A stretch of DNA of 63,210 nucleotides from a virus (taxonomy: Duplodnaviria; Caudoviricetes). Location: IMG/VR virus record IMGVR_UViG_3300037502_001755, positions 1 to 63,210 of that record. One strand, 5' to 3'. Below, one piece after another: positions 26,867 to 36,320 of this stretch. The translations under genes were made by a program, and so were the position numbers. The notes under the pieces are model-generated. The model was not told the DNA's origin. It ran no database searches and saw only the letters and a program-made list of their open reading frames with translations. Each line of letters starts with the position of its first letter. The first letter of the stretch is position 1.

Positions 26867-26878
26867 GGTTGGTTCTCC

Positions 26879-26950
26879 AAAAGAAAACCCGGCAACTGGC
26901 CGGGCGACAGATCGGCGAGACAACCCCAACCGATGCCTCTAGTATACCAC
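26879..26950 (-). promoter_or_regulatory. Early promoter (TGG-TATACT extended -10) followed by two hairpins and a U-tract
   Basis: -10 at 26941-26946; stems 26911-26934 and 26888-26904; TTTTCTTTT. Confidence 0.55.
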
Positions 26951-27224
26951 AGTGGCTTTCAGAGAACCCTTGACATGGGGTTGTTTTGGCTAGGCGACGA
27001 CCCCACCGGTGGGTGGGAACCCCTTTTTGGCGGTGGGGCTGCGATACGGCAAGAACACTAATCCTCAACCACACACCACATTTTGTAAAACCCGAGACAT
27101 CGCAGCAAAATCCCAGACAACACTGTGTAGCACAAATTAGCTACACTTCTATCCGCAGCCCAACACACCGGCCCCCAAAAATTTTTTAAAAAATTTGGAA
27201 AAACCCGTGTCAAACAGCGCCAAG

Positions 27225-27252
27225 AAAAAAGCCCCCGGGGTGAGCCGGGGGC
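27225..27252 (-). terminator. Intrinsic terminator on the minus strand
   Basis: GCCCCCGG-loop-CCGGGGGC-TTTTTT. Confidence 0.7.
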
Positions 27253-27282
27253 CAAGAACAACGGAGATAGCAAGACGACCCC

Positions 27283-27312
27283 TTGCAAGGCCGCCGTGTA
27301 ACAGTGTACATT
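27283..27312 (+). promoter_or_regulatory. Putative late-arm promoter TTGCAA-18-TACATT
   Basis: Hexamer match upstream of the terminase genes. Confidence 0.45.
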
Positions 27313-27356
27313 CCGCTCAACGAGGTTACAAGGCATACCGCCTACCTACGCGATAA

Positions 27357-27965
27357 ATGCTGGAACACTTGGTGCACTTTAATCCGGAAGTATCACCGCC
27401 CGGAAACTACACGCCCCTCGACGAAGTGGGGCCGGACGACCTGTTGGCGGCCAAAGTAGCCACCACGAGTTGGCTCGAAGAGATCGGCGCACCGCCGGAC
27501 GACGAAATCGAGGCTGAGGTTGAGAAGGCCCACGCCAGAAAAGCCTTCGGTGCGCTGTCTGTAAATGTGGATTCGTTGGAAGCGAAAGCGGCCATCGCCG
27601 CCCTGAAAACCCCCGAGGCTGTGCGCCACCTGACTGGCATGCTGTCCGCATACGACTGGGAGTTCATCGAGCAGGCCAAGGAACTGCGCGGGTACACGGT
27701 GGCCAAGTTGGTCGAGGAGACGACCAATACCAACGCCAACATCCGCCTCAAAGCGCTGGCCCTGCTGGGCAAAGTCACGGAGGTCGGGCTCTTTACGGAA
27801 AAGATTGAAGTGAAGAACGCCCCGGCATCGGATGCCGAGCTGGACGCCCGGATCAAGGAGAAGTTGGGCAAGTTCATGGGCGTGGTGGATGTCATGGACA
27901 TCAGTAAGCAGGAAGCGCAGGACATCGTCCTCTCGGAAATCCCCGATGAGGGCTCCAAAGAGTGA
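27357..27965 (+). CDS. Putative terminase small subunit
   Basis: Directly upstream of TerL; IRLKALALLGK..VGLFTEKIEV. Confidence 0.65.
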   Translation: MLEHLVHFNPEVSPPGNYTPLDEVGPDDLLAAKVATTSWLEEIGAPPDDEIEAEVEKAHARKAFGALSVNVDSLEAKAAIAALKTPEAVRHLTGMLSAYDWEFIEQAKELRGYTVAKLVEETTNTNANIRLKALALLGKVTEVGLFTEKIEVKNAPASDAELDARIKEKLGKFMGVVDVMDISKQEAQDIVLSEIPDEGSKE

Positions 27966-29497
27966 CCAGCCTGACCAAGCTGGAGCTTGAAGCCTTGCAA
28001 AAGGCCCTGCCGCATATGAATGCGCAGGAGAAGGCTGAACTGCTCCAAGACTTGGAAGAGCGCGAGAGACGAACACGCCTTGCGGCGGCCAACGACAACA
28101 TGCTGGGCTTTGCCAAGGCGGTGTACCCGGGCTTTAAGGTCGGCCCCCACCACAAGAAGCTGGCAAAAATCTTCACGGACGTGATCGAGGGCAAGAAAAA
28201 GCGGGTGATCATCAACATCGCGCCGCGTATGGGCAAGTCCGAATTCAGCTCCTACCTGTTCCCCGCCTATTTTCTAGGTAAATACCCTAATAAGAAGATC
28301 ATCATGGGCACGCACACCGCGAGCCTGTCCGAGGACTTTGGCCGAAGAATACGAAATTTAATTGATAGTGAAGAGTACAGGGAAATCTTCCCTGCCACAG
28401 TCGTGGCGGACGACCAGAAAGCTGCGGGCAAGTGGAGTACTAGTGTAGGCGGGCAGTATTACGCCGCAGGCGTAGGCGGTGCCCTAGCAGGACGCGGTGC
28501 AGACTTGTTCGTCATCGATGACCCCCATTCAGAACAAGATGTGAAGGTCAACTCGCGCCTGTCTTTCGACACCGCATGGTCGTGGTTCCAGACGGGGCCC
28601 TTGCAGCGTCTGATGCCGGGCGGCGCGATCATTATCATCATGACGCGCTGGTCCCTCTTGGACCTCACAGGGCGGCTGATCGACTACCAGATCAAGAATC
28701 CGGAGAGTATTCCGTGGGAGATCGTGGAGCTGCCAGCAATTCTTGAATCTGCAAGCGATGATGGCACCACCATCGAGAAAAGCCTGTGGCCAGAGCAGTG
28801 GCCCATCGAGTCTCTCAAAGCCACCCGCGCATCGCTGGACCCCCGGTACTGGAACGCCCAGTACATGCAGCAGCCGACCTCCGAGAGCAGCGCTTTGGTG
28901 AGCAGGAAGTCGTGGCGCATCTGGGACAGGGAAGACCCGCCGCCGTGCGACTACGTGATCCAGTCATGGGACACGGCGTTCGAAGCCAAAACCAGCGCTG
29001 ACTACAGCGCCTGTACAACGTGGGGCGTTTGGTACAACGAGGAGGAGGGCAACAGCCCCCAGCTAATCCTGTTGGACGCGTTTAAGGCCCGGATGACGTT
29101 CCCGGAGCTTAAAGAGGTGGCGCTTAAGCACTACAAGGAGTGGACGCCAGATGCGTTCATTGTGGAAAAGAAGGCCGCCGGTGCGCCGCTGATCCAAGAG
29201 CTGCGCCAGATGGGCATCCCCGTTCAAGAATTTACGCCCAGTCGGGGAAATGACAAAATGGTGCGCCTGAACGCCGTGGCAGACTTGTTCTCCTCCGGCA
29301 AAGTGTGGGCACCGGACACGCGCTGGGCGCGTGAAGTGATCGAGGAGGTGGCGGCGTTTCCTGTGGGTGAGCACGACGACTACGTGGACACGACAACGCA
29401 GGCGCTGCTGCGCTACCGGCAGGGCGGGTTTATCAGTTTGGATACCGATGAGCCCGAGGATCGTCTCTTTCAGCGCCGCCGGGCGGCGTACTACTGA
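27962..29497 (+). CDS. terL: Terminase large subunit
   Basis: APRMGKS Walker A, VIDDP, MTRW, YMQQP, SWDTA, HDDYVD. Confidence 0.95.
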   Translation: MTSLTKLELEALQKALPHMNAQEKAELLQDLEERERRTRLAAANDNMLGFAKAVYPGFKVGPHHKKLAKIFTDVIEGKKKRVIINIAPRMGKSEFSSYLFPAYFLGKYPNKKIIMGTHTASLSEDFGRRIRNLIDSEEYREIFPATVVADDQKAAGKWSTSVGGQYYAAGVGGALAGRGADLFVIDDPHSEQDVKVNSRLSFDTAWSWFQTGPLQRLMPGGAIIIIMTRWSLLDLTGRLIDYQIKNPESIPWEIVELPAILESASDDGTTIEKSLWPEQWPIESLKATRASLDPRYWNAQYMQQPTSESSALVSRKSWRIWDREDPPPCDYVIQSWDTAFEAKTSADYSACTTWGVWYNEEEGNSPQLILLDAFKARMTFPELKEVALKHYKEWTPDAFIVEKKAAGAPLIQELRQMGIPVQEFTPSRGNDKMVRLNAVADLFSSGKVWAPDTRWAREVIEEVAAFPVGEHDDYVDTTTQALLRYRQGGFISLDTDEPEDRLFQRRRAAYY

Positions 29498-29509
29498 GGA
29501 ATTTCAGAT

Positions 29510-31957
29510 ATGGCCACGAATATCGACAAGGCGCTGTTCCAATCCCCCCAAGGCATCGCCGACGCGGCTGAGGCTGAAGAACCGATTGAGATCGAGATCA
29601 TTGATCCCGAACAAGTCAACATCAAAGCCGGTCCGCTGGAGATTGAGATTGAGAAGGCTGAGCCTTCCATCGAGGACTTCGACGCCAACCTCGCGGAGTT
29701 TTTGCCCGAGGGCGAGATTACGACGATGGTCTCCGAGCTTGCCTCGGACATCGACAACGACCGCAGTTCGCGCAAGGAGTGGGAGAAGGCATACGTCACG
29801 GGGCTGAAGCTGCTGGGCCTACAGATAGAAGAGCGCACGGAGCCGTGGGACGGGGCGTCGGGGGTGTTTCACCCGATGCTCACGGAGGCAATCGTCAAGT
29901 TCCAGAGCGAGACGATCACGGAGACATTCCCTGCGCAGGGGCCCGTGCGCACGAAAATCATTGGTAAGCAGACTCCGCAGAAGCAGGATGTGGCCGTCCG
30001 TGTGCAGGACGACATGAACTACCAGTTGACGGAGAAGATGCACGAGTTCCGCCCGGAGCACGAGCGCATGCTGTGGTCGCTGCCAGCCACGGGTAGTGCG
30101 TTCAAGAAGGTGTATTTCGATCCGAACCTCGGGCGTCAGGTCAGTATTTTTATTCCTGCGGAAGACATTCTGCTGCCGTACGGCACTTCGGACATCCAGA
30201 CTTGCTACCGCGTATCGCACCAGATGCGCAAGACCAAGGATGAGATCAAGAAGCTTCAGATGCAGGGCTTTTACTGCGAGGCCGATATTGGTGAGCCGGA
30301 CAAGGCGATTGACGAGATCAACAAAGCCAAGGACAAAGAGACTGGCTTTACGGACATCAACGACGACCGTTTCCACCTAATCGAAACCCACGCCGACCTG
30401 TGCATCAAGAGCGACCCGCTGTGCGTGCGCGATGAAGATGGCGAGCCCGCAGGCATCACACTGCCGTACGTGGTGACGTTCATCCGGGGCACGAACACCG
30501 TGATGGCCATCCGCAGGAACTGGAACGAGGACGACGAGCTACATCTGAAGCGCCAGCACTTCGTTCACTACCAGTACATCCCCGGCTTCGGCGCATACGG
30601 CTTCGGTCTGTTCCATCTGATTGGGGGCTTTGCCAACTCCGCAACCTCTTTGATGAGGCAACTGATTGACGCAGGCACGCTGTCGAACCTGCCGGGTGGA
30701 CTGAAAAGCAGAGGGTTGAGGATTAAAGGCGACGACACGCCGATTGCCCCCGGTGAATTTAGAGATGTCGACATCGGCTCCGGCGCGCTGCGCGACAACA
30801 TCCTGCCCCTGCCGTACAAGGAGCCGTCGGCCACCCTCTATAACCTGCTCAATACGGTCGTTGAAGAGGGTCGTCGGTTCGCAGCAACTGCGGACATGAA
30901 GGTGGCAGACATGTCCGCGCAGGCACCGGTGGGCACGACGCTGGCCCTGCTAGAGCGCCAGCTTAAGGTTCTCACCGCAGTGCAGGCGCGGGTGCACTAC
31001 GCGCTCAAGCAAGAGCTTCAACTGCTCAAGAACATCATCCGTGACTACACGGACGACGAGTACACCTACGAGCCGGACACCACGGACGACGCACCGCGTC
31101 GGGTCAAGAAGTCTGACTACGACATAGTGGAGGTGATCCCGGTCTCCGACCCCAATGCGGCCACGCTCAGCCAGCGACTGGTTCAATACCAAGCCGTAAT
31201 TCAGCTTTCGCAGACCGCGCCGGACATCTACAACCTGCCGCAGTTGCACCGAGGGATGCTGGAGGTGTTGGGGATCAAGAACGCCGACAAACTGGTGCCG
31301 TTGCCCGAGGATCAGAAACCGAAAGACCCCGTGGCCGAGAACATGGCTGCGCTCAAGGGTGAGCCGCTCAAGGCGTTCCAGTATCAGGACCACGAGTCGC
31401 ACATCAAGGTGCACATGTCGGCCATGCAGGACCCGGTCATCATGCAGCTTGTTGGGCAGAACCCCCGCGCTCCGGTGATACAGGCAGCCATGATGGCGCA
31501 CATCGCGGAGCACGTTGGGTTCGCGTATCGCCAGAAGATCGAGCAGCAACTGGGCATGCCCCTGCCGCCCGAGGACGAGAAGCTGCCGCCGCAGATGGAG
31601 TTGGCCCTGTCGCAGATGATGGCTCAGGCCGCGCAGCAGGTGCTCCAGCAAAACCAAGCGCAGGCGGCTCAGCAGCAAGCGCAGCAGCAAGCTCAAGACC
31701 CGGTGTTGCAGATGCAGCTCAAAGAACTTGCTATCCGCGAGCAGGAGGTGGCGCTCAAGGACAAGAAAATTCAGATCGATGCTGCTGCCAAAGCGGACGA
31801 GTTGGACCTCAAGGAGAAACAACTTCAGGTCGACGCCGCGTACAAGGCAGACAAGCTGGAGGCAGATCAGGAACGGGACGGTGTCCGCATGGGCATCGAT
31901 ATTGCAAAGAGTCGGCAACAGGCCGCATCACAAAGAAGGAGCCAACGTAACCAATGA
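29510..31957 (+). CDS. Portal protein (P22-like, long Gln-rich C-terminal barrel)
   Basis: Position after TerL; 815 aa; GSAFKKVYFD; Q-rich coiled-coil tail. Confidence 0.9.
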   Translation: MATNIDKALFQSPQGIADAAEAEEPIEIEIIDPEQVNIKAGPLEIEIEKAEPSIEDFDANLAEFLPEGEITTMVSELASDIDNDRSSRKEWEKAYVTGLKLLGLQIEERTEPWDGASGVFHPMLTEAIVKFQSETITETFPAQGPVRTKIIGKQTPQKQDVAVRVQDDMNYQLTEKMHEFRPEHERMLWSLPATGSAFKKVYFDPNLGRQVSIFIPAEDILLPYGTSDIQTCYRVSHQMRKTKDEIKKLQMQGFYCEADIGEPDKAIDEINKAKDKETGFTDINDDRFHLIETHADLCIKSDPLCVRDEDGEPAGITLPYVVTFIRGTNTVMAIRRNWNEDDELHLKRQHFVHYQYIPGFGAYGFGLFHLIGGFANSATSLMRQLIDAGTLSNLPGGLKSRGLRIKGDDTPIAPGEFRDVDIGSGALRDNILPLPYKEPSATLYNLLNTVVEEGRRFAATADMKVADMSAQAPVGTTLALLERQLKVLTAVQARVHYALKQELQLLKNIIRDYTDDEYTYEPDTTDDAPRRVKKSDYDIVEVIPVSDPNAATLSQRLVQYQAVIQLSQTAPDIYNLPQLHRGMLEVLGIKNADKLVPLPEDQKPKDPVAENMAALKGEPLKAFQYQDHESHIKVHMSAMQDPVIMQLVGQNPRAPVIQAAMMAHIAEHVGFAYRQKIEQQLGMPLPPEDEKLPPQMELALSQMMAQAAQQVLQQNQAQAAQQQAQQQAQDPVLQMQLKELAIREQEVALKDKKIQIDAAAKADELDLKEKQLQVDAAYKADKLEADQERDGVRMGIDIAKSRQQAASQRRSQRNQ

Positions 31958-32148
31958 TCCAAGACTTCGCACGCGTACTGCGCGAGAAGATACGCACCGA
32001 CATGCACAACTACGCCGATGATTTGGCGGGGGGTTCGTGTCGCTCTTTCGATGAATACAAAAAACTCTGCGGTGTGATCCAAGGTCTCGCCATCGCAGAG
32101 CGCCATCTCCTTGACCTTGCAGAGAAAGTTGAGCAATCCGATGAGTGA
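31954..32148 (+). CDS. Conserved small head-module protein
   Basis: EYKKLCGVIQGL motif; overlaps portal stop. Confidence 0.75.
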   Translation: MIQDFARVLREKIRTDMHNYADDLAGGSCRSFDEYKKLCGVIQGLAIAERHLLDLAEKVEQSDE

Positions 32149-32575
32149 ATCCGGTCTGATCCTGCCTGCGGGCATTACTTTGCCCAAAACCATTCAGCCC
32201 GTGGAGACGCCCGCCGAGGACGCATCTGCGGAGCAAAAGGCGACAGCACTGCCTGAGCCGACTGGTTGGAAGCTTTTGTGCGTGGTGCCTGACGTAAAAG
32301 ACACGTTTGAGAACTCCAGCATCGTCAAGGCCGAGTCCTTCATGAAATCCGAAGAGCATGCGACGACAGTCCTCTTCGTTTTGAAAGTGGGCCCCGACGC
32401 ATACAAGGACACCACCAAGTTCCCCGCCGGTGCGTGGTGCAAGGCTGGCGACTTCATTCTCGTTCGTACCTACTCGGGTACGCGATTCAAAATCTTTGGT
32501 AAGGAGTTCCGCCTTATCAACGATGACCAAGTGGACGCTGTTGTCCAAGACCCTCGCGGCTTGACCCGCGCTTAA
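32141..32575 (+). CDS. groES: GroES-like co-chaperonin
   Basis: PTGWKLL, VLKVGP, GDFIL..YSGT.FK..GKEFRLINDDQVDAV. Confidence 0.85.
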   Translation: MSESGLILPAGITLPKTIQPVETPAEDASAEQKATALPEPTGWKLLCVVPDVKDTFENSSIVKAESFMKSEEHATTVLFVLKVGPDAYKDTTKFPAGAWCKAGDFILVRTYSGTRFKIFGKEFRLINDDQVDAVVQDPRGLTRA

Positions 32576-32585
32576 AGGAGCCCCC

Positions 32586-33575
32586 ATGTCAGGATACAAG
32601 TTCCCCGACGAGATGGAAGACGACGATAAGAAAATCGTCCAAGCCGACGAGTCGGGTACCGAAAACGAAGTCAAAGTTACTGCCGATTCGCAGGACGAAG
32701 TCGAAATTGAGATCGTCGACGACACCCCCGCGCAAGACCGTGGCCGCAAGCCGCTGGAGCGAGAAGTAACCGATCCGACTGAAGAAGAGATTGACGGGTA
32801 CTCCGAAGGCGTTAAAAAGCGTATCAAGGAACTGACCCATGCGCGTCATGACGAGCGCCGGGCCAAGGAAGCGCTTTTGCGGGAAAAGCAGGAGCTTGAG
32901 CGTCTTACACAGCACATGGTTGAGGAGAACAAACGCCTCAAACAATACGTACAGACTGGCACTGAGCAGTACGTTGCGTCCCAAGTGCAGGTGGCAGAGT
33001 CTGAGCTTGATAAAGCCAAGCAACAACTGAAGGCAGCCACGGAGTCGTTTGATTCCGACGCCATCATCGCGGCCCAAGAGGCTATGATGGAAGCCAAGCT
33101 AAAGTTGCAGCAGACAAAAACTTTTAAGCCTGCCCCTTTACAAGAAGAACGTCCTGAGGTACAAATTCCTCAGAAATCGGCTCCCGAGCCGGAATTGGAC
33201 CAAAAAACCCTGAACTGGCAGGCAAAAAACCAGTGGTTCGGTTCTCCGGGATACGAGGAACTTACCAGCTTCGCACTGGGGCTGCATCAAAAACTGGTGA
33301 ATTCGGGGGTGGACCCCCGCGCAGATGAGTACTTCGAGAGGATCGACTCTCGCATGAAGGACAAGTTTCCCGAGGTCTTTGGGGAGCAACAGTCCAAGCC
33401 GCAATCCGGCGGTGGCTCCAAGAAGCCTACGACGGTTGTTGCACCGGCGTCTCGTTCGTCTGGTGCAAAGAAAATCCAGCTGACTCCCACGCAAATCGCG
33501 TTGGCGAAGAAGTTTGGGCTGACCCCGCAGCAATACGCTGCACAAGTAGCAAAATTGGAGCAATCGAATGGCTGA
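32586..33575 (+). CDS. Capsid scaffolding protein
   Basis: Acidic N-terminus, coiled coil, NQWFG, C-terminal LAKKFGLTPQQYA. Confidence 0.8.
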   Translation: MSGYKFPDEMEDDDKKIVQADESGTENEVKVTADSQDEVEIEIVDDTPAQDRGRKPLEREVTDPTEEEIDGYSEGVKKRIKELTHARHDERRAKEALLREKQELERLTQHMVEENKRLKQYVQTGTEQYVASQVQVAESELDKAKQQLKAATESFDSDAIIAAQEAMMEAKLKLQQTKTFKPAPLQEERPEVQIPQKSAPEPELDQKTLNWQAKNQWFGSPGYEELTSFALGLHQKLVNSGVDPRADEYFERIDSRMKDKFPEVFGEQQSKPQSGGGSKKPTTVVAPASRSSGAKKIQLTPTQIALAKKFGLTPQQYAAQVAKLEQSNG

Positions 33576-34026
33576 AACTATCAACCGGACCCCTCGTGAC
33601 CTTGGTTCACGCGATAAAAATGCACGCTCGGTGTACACACCGCCCAGTGCACTTCCCGATCCGACGCCCGAGCCGGGCTACGTATATCGTTGGGTTGCGA
33701 CCCACGTTCTTGGTGAGAGCCAGAATGTGAACGTGTCCAACAAGATGCGTGAAGGCTGGGAGCCGGTGAAGGCGGTAGACCATCCTGAACTGATGCTGCA
33801 AGGCAACGAAAAGACTGGAAACGTGGAGATTGGTGGCCTCATGCTTTGCAAGATGCCTGCCGAACGCGTGCGTTCCCGGGACGAGTACTACGCCAACCAG
33901 AACAGAGCGCAGATGGATTCTGTCGATAACAACTTCATGCGAAACAATGACCCGCGTATGCCGCTGTTTGCCGACCGCAAGTCGTCAGCCAGTCGCGGAG
34001 GCGGGTTCGGTTCTGGTACTAAGTAA
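33568..34026 (+). CDS. Conserved head-module protein
   Basis: GYVYRWV..EGWEPV..GGLMLCKMP. Confidence 0.75.
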   Translation: MAETINRTPRDLGSRDKNARSVYTPPSALPDPTPEPGYVYRWVATHVLGESQNVNVSNKMREGWEPVKAVDHPELMLQGNEKTGNVEIGGLMLCKMPAERVRSRDEYYANQNRAQMDSVDNNFMRNNDPRMPLFADRKSSASRGGGFGSGTK

Positions 34027-34040
34027 CTAGGAGTCCTTAA

Positions 34041-34643
34041 ATGGCATCTACCAACACCCCCTACGGCCTACGAGCCGTAAACCGTAACGACGGCATGCCC
34101 TATGCTGGCGCTACGAGTCAGTTCCTGATTGATCCCGCAGGTCTGGCATCCAACATCTTCAACGGCCAAGTCGTTATCATTAACGCCAACGGCTATATCG
34201 CTCTGTCTACCGCTACCGGTGCAGACCTGACCACTAACAACCTCGGCGGCAATACCCTTGGCGCTTGGGGCGTGTTCGTGGGCTGCTCGTACATCAACGC
34301 GCAAGGTCAGCAGATTTACGGCCAGTACTACCCCTCCGGCACCACCGGCGTTGTTACTGCGTATGTCATCACCGACCCCAGCGTGACGTTCCAAGCTCAA
34401 CTGGATGGCCAAGTTACCCAAGCCGCTCTCGGCGCGAACACCTTCTTCGCTGCCGCTCAGAGCACCAGCACGGGTTCTACCACCACCGGTAACTCGACTA
34501 GCGCTTTGGAGTCCACGGTTGTCACCACCGCTGCCGCGTTCAAGATCATCGGTTTCGCTTCCCCGCTGACCGATACCTACACTGAAGTGCTGGTGAAGTT
34601 CAACCCCGGCGCTCATGCCTACACCAACGCCGTCGGCATTTAA
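34041..34643 (+). CDS. Capsid decoration/auxiliary protein
   Basis: Directly before MCP; Gly/Ala/Thr-rich beta protein with strongly biased codons. Confidence 0.7.
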   Translation: MASTNTPYGLRAVNRNDGMPYAGATSQFLIDPAGLASNIFNGQVVIINANGYIALSTATGADLTTNNLGGNTLGAWGVFVGCSYINAQGQQIYGQYYPSGTTGVVTAYVITDPSVTFQAQLDGQVTQAALGANTFFAAAQSTSTGSTTTGNSTSALESTVVTTAAAFKIIGFASPLTDTYTEVLVKFNPGAHAYTNAVGI

Positions 34644-34656
34644 GGAGTAATTAAAA

Positions 34657-35586
34657 ATGGCTATTTCTCGCGCACAGCTACTTAAAGAACTCCTGCCCGG
34701 CCTGAACGCGCTGTTTGGTATGGAATACGCCCGTTACGGCGAAGAGCACAAGGAAATCTACGAGACGGAGAAGTCCGAGCGTAGCTTCGAAGAGGAGACC
34801 AAACTCTCCGGCTTCGGCGCTGCCCCGGTCAAGAACGAAGGCTCGGCGATTGCCTATGACAACGCTCAGGAAGCCTTCACCGCTCGCTACACCCACGAGA
34901 CCATCGCTCTGGGCTTCTCGATCACCGAGGAAGCGGTTGAAGACAACCTGTACGACAGCCTGTCTGCTCGCTACACCAAGGCTCTGGCTCGCGCCATGGC
35001 CTACACCAAGCAGGTTAAAGCCGCTTCCGTTCTGAACAACGGTTTCAACGGCTCCTACCCGGGCGGTGACGGTGTTTCGCTGTTTGGCGTGAACTCCAGT
35101 GCTGCCCGCGTGGGTCACCCGCTGGTTGGCGGTGGTCAGAACTACAACAGCCCCACGGTTGCTGTGGACCTGAACGAGACCGCGCTGGAAAACGCGACCA
35201 TTCAGATCGCTGCTTGGACTGACGAGCGCGGCCTGCTGATCGCTGCTAAACCGGTCAAACTGGTGGTTCCCCCGAGCCTGATGTTCACGGCCAAGCGCCT
35301 GCTGGACACCGAACTGCGTGTTGCTACTGCGGATAACGACATCAACGCTATCAAGCAGATGGGCACCATTCCCGGTGGCTTCACCGTCAACCACTTCCTG
35401 ACCGACGTGAACGCTTGGTTCATTTGCACCGACGTTCCCAACGGCATGAAGATGTTTGAGCGTGTGGCTCTGGCTACTTCCATGGACGGTGATTTCGACA
35501 CCGGCAACGTGCGCTACAAGGCCCGCGAGCGTTATTCGTTCGGCTGGTCCGATCCCCTGGGCATGTGGGGTTCTGCTGGCGCTTAA
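34657..35586 (+). CDS. Major capsid protein (HK97 fold)
   Basis: MAISRAQLLKELLPGL; ALGFSITEEAVED; YKARERYSFGW; strong SD and downstream terminator. Confidence 0.9.
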   Translation: MAISRAQLLKELLPGLNALFGMEYARYGEEHKEIYETEKSERSFEEETKLSGFGAAPVKNEGSAIAYDNAQEAFTARYTHETIALGFSITEEAVEDNLYDSLSARYTKALARAMAYTKQVKAASVLNNGFNGSYPGGDGVSLFGVNSSAARVGHPLVGGGQNYNSPTVAVDLNETALENATIQIAAWTDERGLLIAAKPVKLVVPPSLMFTAKRLLDTELRVATADNDINAIKQMGTIPGGFTVNHFLTDVNAWFICTDVPNGMKMFERVALATSMDGDFDTGNVRYKARERYSFGWSDPLGMWGSAGA

Positions 35587-35595
35587 TTGCAGCCT

Positions 35596-35637
35596 GCAAA
35601 AACAGAAAAAGGGGCCTTGTGCCCCTTTTTCTTTTGC
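35596..35637. terminator. Bidirectional intrinsic terminator after MCP
   Basis: AGAAAAAGGGGC-loop-GCCCCTTTTTCT. Confidence 0.85.
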
Positions 35638-35645
35638 TGTATATT
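35617..35645 (+). promoter_or_regulatory. Promoter TTGTGC-17-TATATT overlapping the terminator
   Basis: Hexamers with 17-nt spacer; +1 expected near 35652. Confidence 0.55.
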
Positions 35646-35653
35646 GGTTCTAA

Positions 35654-35723
35654 CTCGGATTTTCCGGGGCGTCAGACTGACCGAGCAGACGACATGCAGA
35701 CGGACGCCCTATAACTCGCATGT
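35654..35723 (+). ncRNA. Candidate double-pseudoknot leader RNA with three CAGAC motifs
   Basis: Interleaved helices 35654-58/35681-85, 35667-73/35703-09, 35692-97/35718-23. Confidence 0.65.
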
Positions 35724-35732
35724 GAGGACATC

Positions 35733-36020
35733 ATGGCCCAAACTCGCTTTACTGGTCCCGTTGTTTCCGACAACGGTTTTGTTGGTTCTGTCACTGGCAA
35801 CGTCACGGGTAACGTGGTTGGCACAGTCACCGGCACCATCATTCTCCCCACCGCTACCGCTGCTAACCTTGGCGCGATTGCTAACGCAATCAACACCACT
35901 GGCAAAGTGACTGGCAAGACGGTTGTGGACATCGCTACGGGCGTGATCTATACCGCTTCTGGCGCAACCGCTGGTTCTGTCTGGTACGGCTCGGACGCGA
36001 CCACCGTCACCCCGTCCTGA
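35733..36020 (+). CDS. Virion structural protein (possible head fibre)
   Basis: TRFTGPVVS.NGF N-terminus; GNVT repeats. Confidence 0.7.
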   Translation: MAQTRFTGPVVSDNGFVGSVTGNVTGNVVGTVTGTIILPTATAANLGAIANAINTTGKVTGKTVVDIATGVIYTASGATAGSVWYGSDATTVTPS

Positions 36021-36032
36021 TAGGAGGCCGAC

Positions 36033-36320
36033 ATGGCCATGCAATACGACGTTAAGGCCGCGTATACGGCGTCTGACGCGGCGATGGTTGCGTACCCGGT
36101 GCGTGTGAAGGGGGCGTATGTCTCCGTTACCACTGGCGGCGCTAACCCTGTTGTCTTGTACGACAACGCTTCTGCTGCGTCCGGAAATGTGCTGCTGCGT
36201 ATTGGCGTGACTGCCGCTGGGTGCCACACGGTGGTGATCCCCGGCGAAGGCATTCGTGCTGACAACGGGGTGTTCTGCGACACGGGTGATGCCGCCGCAG
36301 TCACGATCTTCTATGGCTAA
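36033..36320 (+). CDS. Virion structural protein (possible capsid vertex/spike base)
   Basis: LYDNASAASG...IPGEGI..NGV...TIFYG. Confidence 0.7.
   Translation: MAMQYDVKAAYTASDAAMVAYPVRVKGAYVSVTTGGANPVVLYDNASAASGNVLLRIGVTAAGCHTVVIPGEGIRADNGVFCDTGDAAAVTIFYG

Noticed and set aside
28255-28460. AT-richer patch inside terL
   Set aside because: Short, the frame is intact with conserved residues, and there is no alternative ORF, intron or intein signature
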